In this document: piece after piece, positions 11,405 through 23,858 of the stretch
Position numbering within the stretch: the first letter of the stretch is position 1
Layout: every line of letters begins with the position of its first letter
Program-made: the position numbers and the translations under genes
The notes under the pieces: generated by a model
The model's database searches: none
Told to the model about the DNA's origin: nothing
The model's input: the letters and a program-made list of their open reading frames with translations, nothing else
Assembly: GCA_965603825.1 (NCBI GenBank)
Contig: CBFDEM010000041.1
Location: 496,001 to 560,000 of the forward strand
Origin: Blepharisma stoltei ATCC 30299
Lineage: Eukaryota > Protista > Ciliophora
Length of the DNA: 64,000 nt
Reading direction: 5' to 3'

Positions 11405-13693
11405 TTAATTTTTATGTTTCTTATTTATCAGACAACTTTTTTCTTGTTTGAGGGTTTGGTGGGTGTACATGATCTCCATCCCTGTGCCATATACAATCAT
11501 ACTCATTATTTTCATTTCTTTTTCCCAAGCGTTTACAAGCTCTTCCTTAGATCGTTTTAAGAAATCAACTTCATTGTCTCGCTGGATCAGTTTTTCTTTG
11601 ATGTCTCTGATTTCTTCTTGATGAGAAGAGCTTAAGCTTTCTTCTTTTTGCCTTAAAGCTTCTTTAAGCTCTATTTCTGTCCTAGTTTTCTCTTCCTGCA
11701 TGGAGTTTAAAGAGTCTTCTTTTTCTCTTAGTTCTAGCTTAAGAGTAGAAATTTCTGATTTAAGTTTCATTATATCTCTTTCAAGTTCTAAATATTTTAT
11801 TTTGTCAACGCTTTGCTCGTTAAGCTCGCTTTGATTTCTTTTCATAACTTCCAGCTGGTTTAATGCGATTCTTTCGCTTTCTTGGGCTTCTCTAAGCCGA
11901 TTTGCTATTTTTTCTAAATCGATCTCACATGCTTTGATTGACATTTCTTTTTGTATGAGCATTGAGTCGAGTTTGTGGTTTTCTTCTTTGGAGTCTATTA
12001 GCTGTTTTGTGATTTCGTCCTTTTCTTTAAAAAGCTGCTTGATATCATGGACATGTGACTCTCTTTCTTTTTTCAAGCTTTCACATTCATTTTGGATTTT
12101 TTCCCAAATTAACTTTTCAGCTTCAAGCTGCTGAATTTTACTCTGTAGGGCTTGGCATTCTTCGCCTGCAGCTTCTAGTTTAGCTTGACAGTCAGCTAAA
12201 CTTTTAGCAATTTGATCTTTTTCGTCTTCAATTTGTGCAGCTCTCATTTCTTCGTCTTTCCTCAATTTTTTTTCCTCTCTGCATTTTTCTTCCAATTTTT
12301 TCTTTGCCATATAAATTGTGTCCATTTGCTTGTTTATTTCTTGGACAACCCCTCCTCCACCTCCTAGCTGGCTTTTCAAGGTTTTGTTTTCCATTTCTAG
12401 CCTTTCTATTTGTTCTTCTAATTCTCTCTGCATTCCTGTTTGTAAAGAAAAATCTTCTTCTTCCTTTTCAGTTTCTAGTAAACTTGCTTTTGAGTGGAAT
12501 TCTCGTTGTGTTACAGTTTCTGGGATCAAAAATTCCCTCTTTTTTCCTTCCAGCTCTTTTTTGAATTTTTGGAGCTCTCTTATCTGCTGATCTTTGGTTT
12601 CAAGCGCTAAGGTAAGTTCTGCAACTCTTTCTTTTTCTTGGGAGATTTGGTCTTTGTAGAAATTCAGTGTTTGTTTTAGTGTAACAACTTCGGACATGTT
12701 GTTCTCATTTTGTTTTATGGTCTCTTCAAGACTGTTTTTTTCTTCCTGAAGTTCTTTAACCTTCTTTTTGTATGTGCTTAAGTCTTCTAGCCGTTTTTTA
12801 TACAATTCTAGCGTACTCTCAACTTTTCCTAGCTGTATCAATTTTTCTTGTGCCATATCAAGCTCGTCCTTTGTCATCCTTAGCTCATCTGTATGCGCTT
12901 TTTCAGTCTCCACCAGCTTGGCTTCCAATTCTTTAATTATTTTATCCTGCTTTTCTATTTTTTCTTCCAGCTTAAACAATGATTCGTCTACGTTCCAATC
13001 TCTATTCCCAATCCTTCTTTCCAGCTCGTCTTCTAACGCTTTGATTCTTTTTACATACTTCTCATTGTCATTGTTTAAATCCCTTTGCTTCTGCTCAATT
13101 TCTTTTAATGCACCTTGCAATTCCTCACATTGGTAAGCAAGACTTCTGTTTTCATGCTTCAGCTGGGTTACTTCTTTTCGTTCTTCTTCGTCTGTAAGCT
13201 TGGTCTCTCCTAGCTTGTTTAGAATCCTTTGTATGAAAACCATTAACTCTACTTGAATGCTTTCATTTAGATCAAGGATCCTTGAGATGTAGGTTTCTTT
13301 AGACTTGCAGCTGACTACTGCACCCATAATTAGCTCAAGTAGCATGATGGAGTTTTGACGTTCAGCTGATCTGGCAATTGCTGTAATTTCAACATGATCA
13401 ACTATTTTGGTAGAAGGCACATTGAGGATGTCAGTATAAAACTTTTCTATTTGCCTCTTGAGTTTGTTTAGATTCCCTAAGCGAGCTGAGAAATTGTCAT
13501 GAGTATTTCGTATTATGGTATCTGCACGGAAAAGATCTGGGGAACTAAATAGAAGTTACATTTGGCTCATGAGCTCGAAAAGCAATACTCCGTCACTCAA
13601 GTCGTCCATAGTTTTGATTTTTGCGGAAAGATTATTGCAATTAAGCTATATATCATATACCCATGCGATAAGGCTTCTCTCCAGATCGTTCAT
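11405..13693 (-). CDS. HOOK-family microtubule/dynein adaptor (HOOK domain plus coiled coil), two introns
   Basis: Spliced N-terminus MNDLERSLIAWLN...DLSDGVLLFELMSQISP; LLELIMGAVVSC..KE.YI.RIL.L.ES.Q..LM; long coiled coil with DELD motif. Confidence 0.85.
13545..13559 (-). other. 15-nt spliceosomal intron
   Basis: gtaacttctatttag; contains in-frame TAA; removal restores the HOOK motif QISP. Confidence 0.85.
13646..13660 (-). other. 15-nt spliceosomal intron
   Basis: gtatatgatatatag; ends in in-frame TAG; removal gives LIAWLN. Confidence 0.85.
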
Positions 13694-13855
13694 ATTAAAA
13701 CTAATATTTTCTTATTTTTAAACAAATACTTCTTTATTATTTATATATTTTAGCAATTTAAAAAGCATCATTTAGGCCTCCAATAGTTATTTTTAAATTC
13801 TCCCATATTTCGCATTACCCCGCATTTCTTATAAATTTATTTCACTTATAAAATA

Positions 13856-14269
13856 ATGGCATTTGTAGACAATTCAAAAAATCTCAGTTCTGAAGACAGC
13901 TGGTTCAAGAAATCGCAAAATTCACTAAAAGAAAGGTTCCTTAATATTGCAAATGATATAAAAGCGTTTCAAGGGCAGTTCTATGAAGTGGAAAAGAAAT
14001 GCTTTAAAGAAGACCGAGGACAGTGCTTAGCTCAGCATGACCAATTTAAATTGCTAATTGCTGATTTGCAGAGAAAACAGGAAAAAGAAAAACAAAAATG
14101 TTTTAAAACTTGTCAAGCTCTAATTCCTAAAGAAAATAATAGAAAACAAGCTAACTGGGAAAGTGATTATTTTGAGTGCTATTCACTTTATATGGAAAGA
14201 TACATAAATTTAATGCAAAATGAATGCGAAATTTATAAGAATGCAGCAAGTCAGCTGCTGGAAAATTAA
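13856..14269 (+). CDS. Small helical protein with spaced cysteines, function unknown
   Basis: 137-aa ATG-to-TAA ORF with KKCF..QCL..KCFKTC..ECY spacing. Confidence 0.7.
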   Translation: MAFVDNSKNLSSEDSWFKKSQNSLKERFLNIANDIKAFQGQFYEVEKKCFKEDRGQCLAQHDQFKLLIADLQRKQEKEKQKCFKTCQALIPKENNRKQANWESDYFECYSLYMERYINLMQNECEIYKNAASQLLEN

Positions 14270-14478
14270 TAAGTAATGAAATATTTTTTGATTACTAAAG
14301 GTATAAAAACATCATTTTTTATTGATGATGATTTAAATTAAGAGCATGAGATACTTAATTAAATCTAATTTTTTAGGTAATTGGTTTATATTTTTGAAAT
14401 ACTTTAACTTTATAGATCCAAAAATTTATTACATTTACTTACTAGAAATTTTAATAAACATCGTAGATAAATAAATCA

Positions 14479-15741
14479 ATGTTATTCAGATTTGCAAGAA
14501 GATTTTACAGACACACATTTTCCTTGCAAGAAACACAGAAATTCTTTACAAGCTGTAAAACTTCTAGAGATATCAAACCAGCCATAATCTCAATAACAAA
14601 CTTCATGAAAACAGAAAAGCTCCCAGATATTCCTTTCCGTAACATTTTATGAGGAATCGCATATTTGAAGCAAGTCAATCTAAACGAATCTAATTTTGGA
14701 AAAGAAATAACAAATCAATTCAATGCAAATAAGAATTATTACTCTAATGATACATGAGCCTTGCTTTTATACTTAACCAAGGTTCATTCCCTGCATGACC
14801 CAAATTTTGTGAAAAATCTGTACAGAGATATCCCAAAACACATAAACCAACTTGGGCTAAAATTTTTCTGCTATTGTATTGATGGGCTTACTTATCGTAC
14901 AGATTTGCTTACACAAGAAATAATGGACCGAGTGCATGAAGAGATAATACGTCTTGAAGGAAAACTAAAAGAAGAAGACTTAAGGATAATTACAAGCAAT
15001 CTCAAAACTTTAAATAAATACTACGTTGGCAGCCATAAAGCGTATGATTCCCTAGAAAATGAGATTTTTAGGCTTAAAGATGTATTGAGTTTAAGGACAA
15101 TCGCAACTGCTATGAGCTCTTTTTCTATTGTAGCAAGAATAAAGACTCTTAAAATCTATTCAATCATGCTTAAGCCAATAATAGCTAAGCTTCCTGAAAT
15201 AAATGATACTTGCTCAATACCTATGATTTTAAATGTTTACTGCCAATATGTTAACTTGAGGCTTTTTGAAGGACTTTTTGATGCTTGTGCTCAGATTATT
15301 TTACAAAATCCAGAGCCTTATATGAAGAGCAACTTAGATATGCTAATGACTATCCATTCTTTTTCAAAAACAGGATTATATTCAGAAATTATCGATCTTG
15401 TCCCTATTTATGTAAAGGAGCTGCCAGCAAATATCAAGCAAGAGCCTTCGAATTTAGGTGTATTTTTTATTGCAATTTTAAAATACCCTCTTCCTACTGA
15501 TTACTTACAAAAATGCTTAAGATGGCTAGTAGAAGGTCAACACCTTTTATTTAATCACCACAAAGCCAAAATTCTAATGAGGCTAGTCACTAACAATATT
15601 GACTGCCCAGAGTTTTTCGCCCATTGCCTTGAAACTGTAAAGTTCACTGATTTAGATATACTGTATTTCAAAGCCATTATACCGAAACTGAAAGCTCTAG
15701 GATTTTCTATTAATGCAGAAAATACAAATAACAATAATTAG
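14479..15741 (+). CDS. Probable mitochondrion-targeted helical-repeat protein
   Basis: Two TGA read-throughs extend the ORF to ATG 14479. N-terminus MLFRFARRFY looks like a mitochondrial presequence; body is Leu/Ile-rich and helical. Confidence 0.7.
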
Positions 15742-15858
15742 AAATATATTTTCGGTATTTCAGCTCTCAGAAACACCACTTAAATACTATAAGAAAATAG
15801 TTTAAATTCAATACTTATTTATAAAATAATTTAAACTGCATTTGTAAATATTCCTATA

Positions 15859-16953
15859 ATGGGATCATTTTGTTCTTGCTTACGAGAATACAAACTCAAC
15901 GACCAACAAATGTTCATCCAGAAGGAAACTTCTAATCTCAGAGCCCAGCTATTTCAAACTCCACTCGTATTGACATCAGAGAATTCTTACGATCCTTTTG
16001 ATACCTCAAATTTAGTTACATTGCAATCTATATGTCGTGGATTTATTGATAGAAAAAATACTTTGACCCTCATGAACAATAAAGTGCGTGAGGTCAAAAT
16101 TGAGTCTGGCCACTTATCAGTCCCAAGGACAAGCATTAAAGAAATTGAAGGAGAAATCCCGAACTATTTAAACGAGACCACAGCAGGCATAATTAAGCGA
16201 CTAGAACCCTTTTTCTATGATATTAATGATGCAGACAGCCGAAATGTGAAGCATGGCCCTGTTAAAATGGAAACTGGAGCTATTTATATAGGAGAATGGA
16301 ATGATAAGCTAGAAAGAAATGGACGAGGAGTCCAGTATTGAGCTGATGGTTCAAAATATGAAGGATACTGAAAAAATGACCGAGCAAATGGCAGAGGAAG
16401 GCTGGTGCATGGAGATGGAGACATTTATGACGGAGAATGAGTCAGCGATAAAGCTCATGGATACGGAGTTTACATCCATTCTGATGGAGCTCAATATGAT
16501 GGGTTTTGACAGGACGACAAACAGCATGGCCATGGCGTCGAAAAATGGCCTGATGGCTCCTTATATGAAGGAAGCTATCATCAAGGCAAAAAGCATGGGA
16601 CAGGGACTTTTATATGAGCCGATAAAAGTAAATATGAAGGTGAATTCCGAGATAACAGCTTAGAGGGAAAAGGAGCTTATATATGAAGCGATAAAAGGAG
16701 ATATGAAGGAGAATGAAAAAATAGCAAAATGAACGGAAAAGGCATTTTTATTTGACCTGATGGCAGAAGATACATAGGAGAATATTTAAACGACAAAAAG
16801 CACGGACAAGGAGTCTTTATATGACCTGATGGGAAAAAATATGAAGGAGCTTGGAAAAAAGGGAAGCAGCATGGACATGGAGTGTTTTTTACAGCTAAAG
16901 GAGAAAAAATAGAAGGGGAATGGAAAGAAGGTAAAAGAATTGATAAAATGTAA
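15859..16953 (+). CDS. MORN-repeat protein with N-terminal acylation and IQ-like motifs
   Basis: Nine in-frame TGA fall on MORN Trp positions (YEGY[W]KND, YEGE[W]K, FI[W]PDG); ends TAA 16951-16953. Confidence 0.93.
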
Positions 16954-16972
16954 ATGTAAATTATTTTATAAA

Positions 16973-19900
16973 TTATCCCCATGAAGATTGGTTTGGTTTG
17001 GAATCCCAAGAGGAAGAAGTTGAAGAAGGCTGTGGAGCTTCACCCCAGGAGGATTGAGACGCAGGAGGATTTGCAGGTGTGTCTGACCAGCTTGTGGTTT
17101 GAGCAGCTTGAGTTTCTGAGCTTCCCCACCCACTGCTTGGAGGATTAGATGATGGCTTTGTAGCTCCAGAGTCTCCCCATCCAGTTGAACTGCTTGAAGT
17201 TGTATTAGAAGCTTGAGGTTCTCCCCAGCCTGTAGAGCTAGCTGCATTTGAAGTTCCAGATTCTCCCCATCCACCAGAGCTACTATTTGTAGTAGAGCTT
17301 GATCCTCCCCATCCTCCTGAACTGTTACTAGTTGTAGCTGAAGATCCAGAATCTCCCCAGCCAATTGAGGCATTGTTTGTGGTCGAAGAGCCAGAGTCTC
17401 CCCATCCAGTTGATGCGCTACTTGTGGAGCTCTCTCCCCATCCTGAAGAAGAGTTTGAGCTGTCTCCCCATCCTCCACTATTTCCTCCATCAGAGCTTCC
17501 CCATCCTCCACTTGATTCGCCTCCTCTTTCTTCTCCTGAGCCTCTTCTTCCTCTTCCACGACCTCTCCCACGGCCTCTTCCTTCATCTGGGTTAGGACAT
17601 TCTCTTGACATATGGCCTTCTTGTCCACATTTAAAGCAAGCTTTTGGCTTATTCTCGCCAGGATTAGGACATTCTTTTGACATGTGGCCTTCTTGCCCAC
17701 ATTTAAAGCAGGCTTTTGGCTTGCTTTCTCCAGGGTTAGGGCAATCTTTAGACATATGTCCTTCTTGGCCGCATTTGAAGCACCCTTTTGGCTTTTTGTT
17801 AGCATTTTCCCCAGGGTTTGGGCATTCTTTTGACATGTGCCCTTCTTGGCCGCATTTAAAGCAGCCTCTTCCTCGTCCACGTCCTCCTCTTCCACCTCTT
17901 TCAGCAGAGTCAATTTTGTCTCAATCAGTTTCAGGCACAGGAGGAGCTGGCATAGTCCATGAGTTTTGGACTTCTTCGCCCCAGCCTACTTTCGGCTTTG
18001 CAGCTTTTTCAGCTTCTTCAGTTTTTTTCTCTTCAGTTCCCCATTTTTCAAAGTTTTTGGTAAGTTCCCAGTCATCAGCTCTGGGGGTTTTGGTAAGGTC
18101 TTGTCCGCCAGCCCATTCTTGAGCGCCGATATGAGGGGTTTTATCAAATGGGGTAGCATCGCCATAGCCTGGAGTTTTATTAGGTCTTTGTGGTGTCATA
18201 GGGGCTGTGTTTTCATTAGACTCTTTAAGAACTGGCTGTTTAAGCTGCTCAGCTGCTTTTCCAGGGATTGCCAGATAATTGGTAGTGTCTATCATAGGAG
18301 CTTTAGAACGAGCGAGATGGTTTTTGTAGAGACGGTCAGAGTAATGTCGCTTGAACCAGCTAATAAGAAAGGTCATATTTGGATGGTAGGCTTCATGGAA
18401 AAATAAACCTTTTGGTTTAACCTTGATATATTCTCTAATTATTTCTTCTTTTGGAAGATAGGTTAAGATAAAAAATTGAGGATACTGAGGAGAGACACAG
18501 AAATAGTAAGGAATTGTGGTAGGTTTTGCCTTTTTTTCTTGAGTTAGAAGGTTTTCTAAGAACTTCATGCTACCAGATGTGATGTCTTTGAATTTCGGAT
18601 GTGAAATAGACTCTTTTACAATTTTTGCACATGGAGCAATATACCTGTCAGCTATTTCTTGTAAGGACTCATAGGTGTCTTGTCCAATCTTAAACCTCGT
18701 TCCCAACATATTTCCAGCTGGCTTTCCTTCTTCTGCAATATCCAGATGTGCATATAAAAAGTCATAAAACTTCCAAGTGCATGTCAAATGGTCCATTCCT
18801 CTACTGCTCGGCCTGAACACATAGTCTCCTATATCTTTATTGTATAATTCATCACAAGCAGACTTATAGCCAATATTTTTATATTTTGGATGATTCACGA
18901 CCCTTGGGACATATTTTTGTCCCACAACTTGCTCGTCTTCTTTAACTCCTCGTTCAGTCCAGTCACTGTCATCTTGTATAAAGGCATCATCAAGATTTAA
19001 ATGAATATATTTCCCATGGTTTAGCACGTCTTCAGGCAATAAGCTGAGCTTTACTTTGAAAAGCAGCTCTTTAGGAGTCTTTAGCCTTGATGATACTTCT
19101 ACGACTCTTGCAGTCAGTTTTTTGCCTTTATAAAACACTTCATTTATCTCTTCTTCTGTTGGAGTCTTTCCTTCTATAATGTTAGCAATTTCAACTTCGG
19201 CTTCTAATTCACATTCTAGCATACATCTTAGCACCTGCCTCTGAGGCTCAAACCCAATAACCATAGCTTGCACGATACTGCCTTTTTTAAGGGTTTGTCT
19301 TGTTTCTTTAGTAGTCAGGTAAAATAAATCATCAGTTGGTGGCTCACTATAGCCTCTTTTTGGATTAGCAAAAGGCGTGGTCAGTTCAGCTACAATAAAC
19401 TCTAAGATTTCTTTTTGGTTCATTTTGCCACGGTCAGCTTGGAGTTTTGCATAGACGTCAAGATCAAGTTCTCTCATCTTGTGGGGAACCAGCATTATTT
19501 CTTGGATTAAATTTTCTTCTTTAATTCTTTCGTCACTGAGAGCTGATTTTGAAACAATTTTGGCGAGCTCATAGTTTTCTGGGTGAATACGGGTACAATC
19601 TAGAGGCTCAGTTTCGCCCTCTTCAAATGGAATTTTTATAAATGCGCAGCAGTTTTCGTAGATTCGCTTGGGTAAAATGCATTTCCCAATTATTTGGGCT
19701 CTCATAGCAAGTTTTTCTTTGCAGCGGTATTTGATTCCTTCAAGAAGATCATAAGCTCTTACTGGGCCAAGACCTGGAATAAATGATAGAGGACCTTGTA
19801 GATGAGGCTTATTAATGATTTGGTTTACATTGATTCCATACTGTGAGCATGCGTCAACAGCCACCATTTCCATCCCTATAAGTCTTTTAGACTCATTAAC

Positions 19901-22216
19901 TAAGGACTGTAAATGATGCAGGTTTAAATTTTTTATCTGTAGCTCATTAGGATCATTCCACAGTCCAAGAGTTTCTGCGCGAGGGTTTTGAATGAATCTT
20001 CCTAGTGAAATCGCCATTTTTGTTAGGTTATTGTAGGTTTCACACAGTTTTTTAGACCTTTCTGAGGTTGCAAATAGAAGAGGGATCATTGTATCTTCCA
20101 TAGCGAGGAATGGGGCCTTTGAAAATAGCTGAGCTCTGTCTACATCAAAGCCAATTTCTGTCTCATTAAATGTATCAATTGTTAAGTTTTCTAGCAAGGT
20201 TCCTATAGATTTTCGTAGGTTTAAGCTTTGCAAACAGTTAGCGCCTATTACGACTACATGTGGTTGGTGTTCAAGAAGAAGTCTGATGATTTGTTTCTTT
20301 TCTGATATGTAGCGGGCTTTGTCACTTTCATGCAAAAATTCCACTTTTCTAATATTTAAGGTCGAAAAACTAGCGATTTCAGCGACATCTCCATTAGGTT
20401 TTAGTACAACCACAGCAGTTTGCCCAAACATCTTGGAGTCTGGATCAGTGACCAATGCACAGATTTTGGGCCTAGGGTCTTCTTCTCCTTCTGCTACAAA
20501 ACTTGGTCTATTTAAAATATCAAAAAACTTTCTCTGCACTTCTACCAGTACCCAGTCTTCACTTCTCGCTGTAAAAAGCTTCCAAAAAGACTGCTCGAAT
20601 TCCTGATACAGCTGGTTTAAGCTTTGCCTCAAAACTTCATATCGAAATTGGTTCCACTCCAGCTCAGCTTCTTCAGTCCCATCAGTTGTATAAAACGGTG
20701 TCAACATTGCCAAAATTTTATCATCTTTTGCATCATTCCAAGGCAATTTGAACTCAATTTTAATCAGTCCTAACGCCTCACTTTTTATTGCCAAAGCCCA
20801 CAGCTCAGATGTCCAAGTGCTTAAGCTTTTGCCTTCTGCAAAATTTTTAACCCTGTAGTATGGGCTGAATATATCTAAGGCAGTTTTCCCTTTTTCTGTT
20901 GGAGATGTGTAAATCCTGACGAATTTTTTGTATTCTTCTCTGACAAAGACACGAAAAGAGGGGAATCCTGATAGTTCAGATTTCATGAGGGTGCAAGCAT
21001 TGTTGATGACTTGGATTTCTTCATGGTAAACGTTGCTTAAAATTTCAAATGCAAGGTCTTGGGGTCGGGATTCAGGCAGCTGAGGGATGTAGATTTGTTG
21101 ACGAGCGTTTACGTTTTCAAGAAGCTGAATAGGTGTTAAGCCAGCTTTTGAAGTAAAATCGGTTAGCTTATTTCTGCGGGCTTTTACAATAGGGTTGTGA
21201 GATTTTGGATCAAATTCATAGACGTAAATTTTGATGTAGGCTTCCAAATCATTTATTTCAAGCAGGTACTCAGTAGTAGAATGGGAACTAAGCAAGTTGT
21301 TAATATAGTCAGGCAACGTGCCTGCTTCTGATAATAGCACTCTGTCCCCAGGGTTTAAAGTTTCCCCTCTTTCTAAAGCAATTGCATTTTGGCTTGCTGA
21401 TTTCAAGATTTTTGCCAAATTTTGTTTAGTGGAATACATGAACCCCCACTCTTTGTCCCAGTTATAAAGATCCCATAGCTCGCTGTCTGACTCTAGCTCA
21501 GGTCTAAGCATATTCATCCTATACCTGTATATAAAGGGCACTTCAAAATAGTCGACTCTATAATATTTTAAAAATGCACAGATTTTTTCTTTAATAGGGA
21601 GCGGATTTTCTGAAGGCTTTTTGTGCAGCAATTTCTGAAGAAGTCAGTCAGCCTCCAAGCTGAGCTCATGCTCACTAGGGTGTTCTCTATTTCTCAAAGT
21701 TATTTGAAGCCTTTCAGGGATGTCAAGATCTCTAATTGCCCTAGCTTCTGGAGTATTGAACTGCCCAACTATTTCATGAGGCTCATAGACAATGGGTTTT
21801 GACTCTTTTTCTTTTATTTCTGACTGATACCCAAAAATACTTGCAGCGAGTTCAACACTTTCCCCAAATTGTTCAGCCCCCTCTGCTTCGTCTAGTGACA
21901 TATCACTCTCAGAGTCTTCTTCTACAAGTTTCCTTATCTTGTGTGGAGCGTCTCTGCCAAAGAGCCCTTCGTCAAGTTCCTCACGGGATGTGGCCTTTAT
22001 TGTGAGTCCACGGCCTAAGTTTTCTTCAACGAGCTCTCGGTCTTCTTCATCAAGGTCACTGATTTTTTTGATTCTGCGACGTTTGACAGTTTTTTTGACC
22101 TTCTTAGGCTTAGCGATAATTTCTTCTTCTTCAGCTAGGTCGTCGGGGACGACAAAATCGTCATGCTGGTATTCGTCTTGAGAGCTTGATTCTTCGGAAC
22201 TTGAATCACCTGACAT
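16973..22216 (-). CDS. SPT6: Transcription elongation factor SPT6 with C-terminal CCHC zinc knuckles, RG repeats and GW/WG repeats (1747 aa)
   Basis: Acidic N-terminus (LDEEDRELVEEN, DIPERLQ), FEVPFI..YR, YqgF-like region (AISLGRFIQNP), HhH (LDCTRIHPENY), S1 and tandem SH2 (FRPSSRG.DHL..TWK; IPYYF). Three ORF pieces are in one frame, joined by TGA at 21644 and 17921. Confidence 0.93.
16976..17520 (-). repeat. Ser/Gly/Thr-rich GW/WG repeat region
   Basis: Ten GWG, two SWG, one SWS and one SWD motif spaced by roughly 9-16 residues. Confidence 0.9.
17597..17863 (-). repeat. Four tandem ~66-bp units encoding CX2CX4HX4C zinc knuckles
   Basis: CFKCGQEGHMS(K/R)(E/D)CPNP occurs four times. Confidence 0.92.
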
Positions 22217-22392
22217 AAATATTATTTTTATTAGGATCCCCCTCTTAATTAATAGCCATTTTATTCGTAAAATACAGCTTCTGATAGCTGTCTTATAGCT
22301 GACAAAAAGACTTGGAGCGTTTGCTTAGTTTTAATTTCTAATTAAATTTAAATAAGAATAATTAAATGGAATAATTAACATATGCGTTTTAA

Positions 22393-23781
22393 CTATAATT
22401 CATAATTTAAAGGCTCGCACTCAATTTCTTTAGCTTCATGCGTGTGCTCAGTTAAAAACAAGGAAGCTGCAGCTGATATAAAATAGCAAACTGCGTTGAA
22501 GTGGAAAATCAACGAGTTTCCTCCAATTTCACCTAATTTTTCTGTTAGTGGAGGAGTGAAAACGCCAGTCATCAATTGAATGCCAGTTACTCAGCCAACT
22601 CCAAGACCTCTGACGTGTGTAGGGTATAATTCTTGTGAATGTGTGTATAGAGTCGAAAGTCCCATCATTAAAAACCCAAAAGATACTGCAGACCAAATAT
22701 AAATCTACTTATAAGTTACAATTCCTGTTCTTTCAGAAAACATAAAGGGATAAATCGTCAACCCAGAAAGCATAAATGCAAGAGCCTCGGTCCCTTTTCT
22801 ACCTAGCTGAGTGTCTATGCATTTAGAAGCAATATAAGTACCTCCAAATCCAGCAATTTGCTGCAGAAATATAACACTATAAGCACTCAAATCACTAGAC
22901 TCAGGAAGAAGTAAAGGCATGAAAAAAATCATGTTTGTATAAGCTACGCTTGACCAAAAGTATTGAATTGTCTGCAAAATTGTGGTTCTGAGCAAGGGAT
23001 TTCTGAAAATTTCAAAAACTGAAGAACTTACCGCTTCTTCTTCGTCATATGAAGAAAATCTTTCGTGTGGAAGAGAAAATTTAAAATCTATTTTCCCATT
23101 TATTGTTGCTATTGTTTTTATTACTTCCTTCAGTTTTTTGCTTTTTATTTCATATAGGAACATTGGGCTTTCTAATACTTCTAGCCTTAAATATGTTAAG
23201 ATAACGCTTATGATTGTAGAAATTCATGTTAAAATAAGCCAAGCTGGCTGTTCTGATGATATTCTAAATTCAAGTAAAATTGCAAAAAAAATAGATAGGG
23301 CTGTTCCCAAGCAGTAAGAAACATTTAAAATTGTCATTGTCCTGTGCTGGCTAACCGGAATTGCCTCCATAAAAACAGTGGTTCCAATACTTCCGTCACC
23401 TCCCATTCCTAGCCCAATCACAAAAAGCCCAAATAATAGAACTTCGTAGCATGGAAAAATACAGATCAGGATTCCACCACAAGCTGCCACTGCTACTGTA
23501 ATTTTAAATATTGGCGCTCTCCCATATATTCCGATGAGATAAGAAAATACGTAGCAGCCTACCAAAGTTCCAAGATTTATTGAGATTGCAAGGTTTGATT
23601 TTGATTTCACTAAATCATCGTCAAATTTATACATTATGATCGCACTAGTTTCTATCCAAAGCATCGTAAGAGCAAGAGCCTACGTTAGAATTACTGCAAA
23701 ACAATTAAAATAGAGCTTGGTTTGATACCTTCCCCATCCTATGTCTTCTAAAGCTTTTTCAATGGGGTTAAGAGTGAGCAT
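22393..23781 (-). CDS. MFS transporter (SV2/SVOP-like), two introns
   Basis: ALEDIGWGRYQ start, GIYGR motif A, GLGMGG, LGRK, ELYPTHVRGLGVG. Pieces are joined by TGA and two 15-nt introns. Confidence 0.88.
22705..22719 (-). other. 15-nt spliceosomal intron
   Basis: gtaacttataagtag; ends in in-frame TAG; the downstream exon carries the ELYPT motif. Confidence 0.85.
23680..23694 (-). other. 15-nt spliceosomal intron
   Basis: gtaattctaacgtag; ends in in-frame TAG; links the GWGRYQ exon. Confidence 0.85.
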
Positions 23782-23858
23782 AAATTCTGTTTTTCAATCT
23801 TAATTTAATATGAAAAAATGAACTAAATTACCCCGAAAAGTGAATTATAAAAAAATAT

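Noticed and set aside
11934-13136. Ser/Phe/Leu-rich ORFs antisense to coiled-coil genes (also 1284-1529 and 57587-59359)
   Set aside because: Reverse-complement artefacts of Glu/Lys-rich codons.
15859-16953. In-frame TGA as selenocysteine, Cys (Euplotes code) or pseudogene stops
   Set aside because: The TGAs align to Trp consensus sites in many unrelated families and interchange with TGG in paralogues.
16966-17913. 315-aa alternative-frame ORF and antisense ORF 17373-18122 over the SPT6 tail
   Set aside because: Shadow frames of a GC-richer low-complexity repeat. The knuckle/GW frame is continuous with SPT6, so no frameshift is needed.
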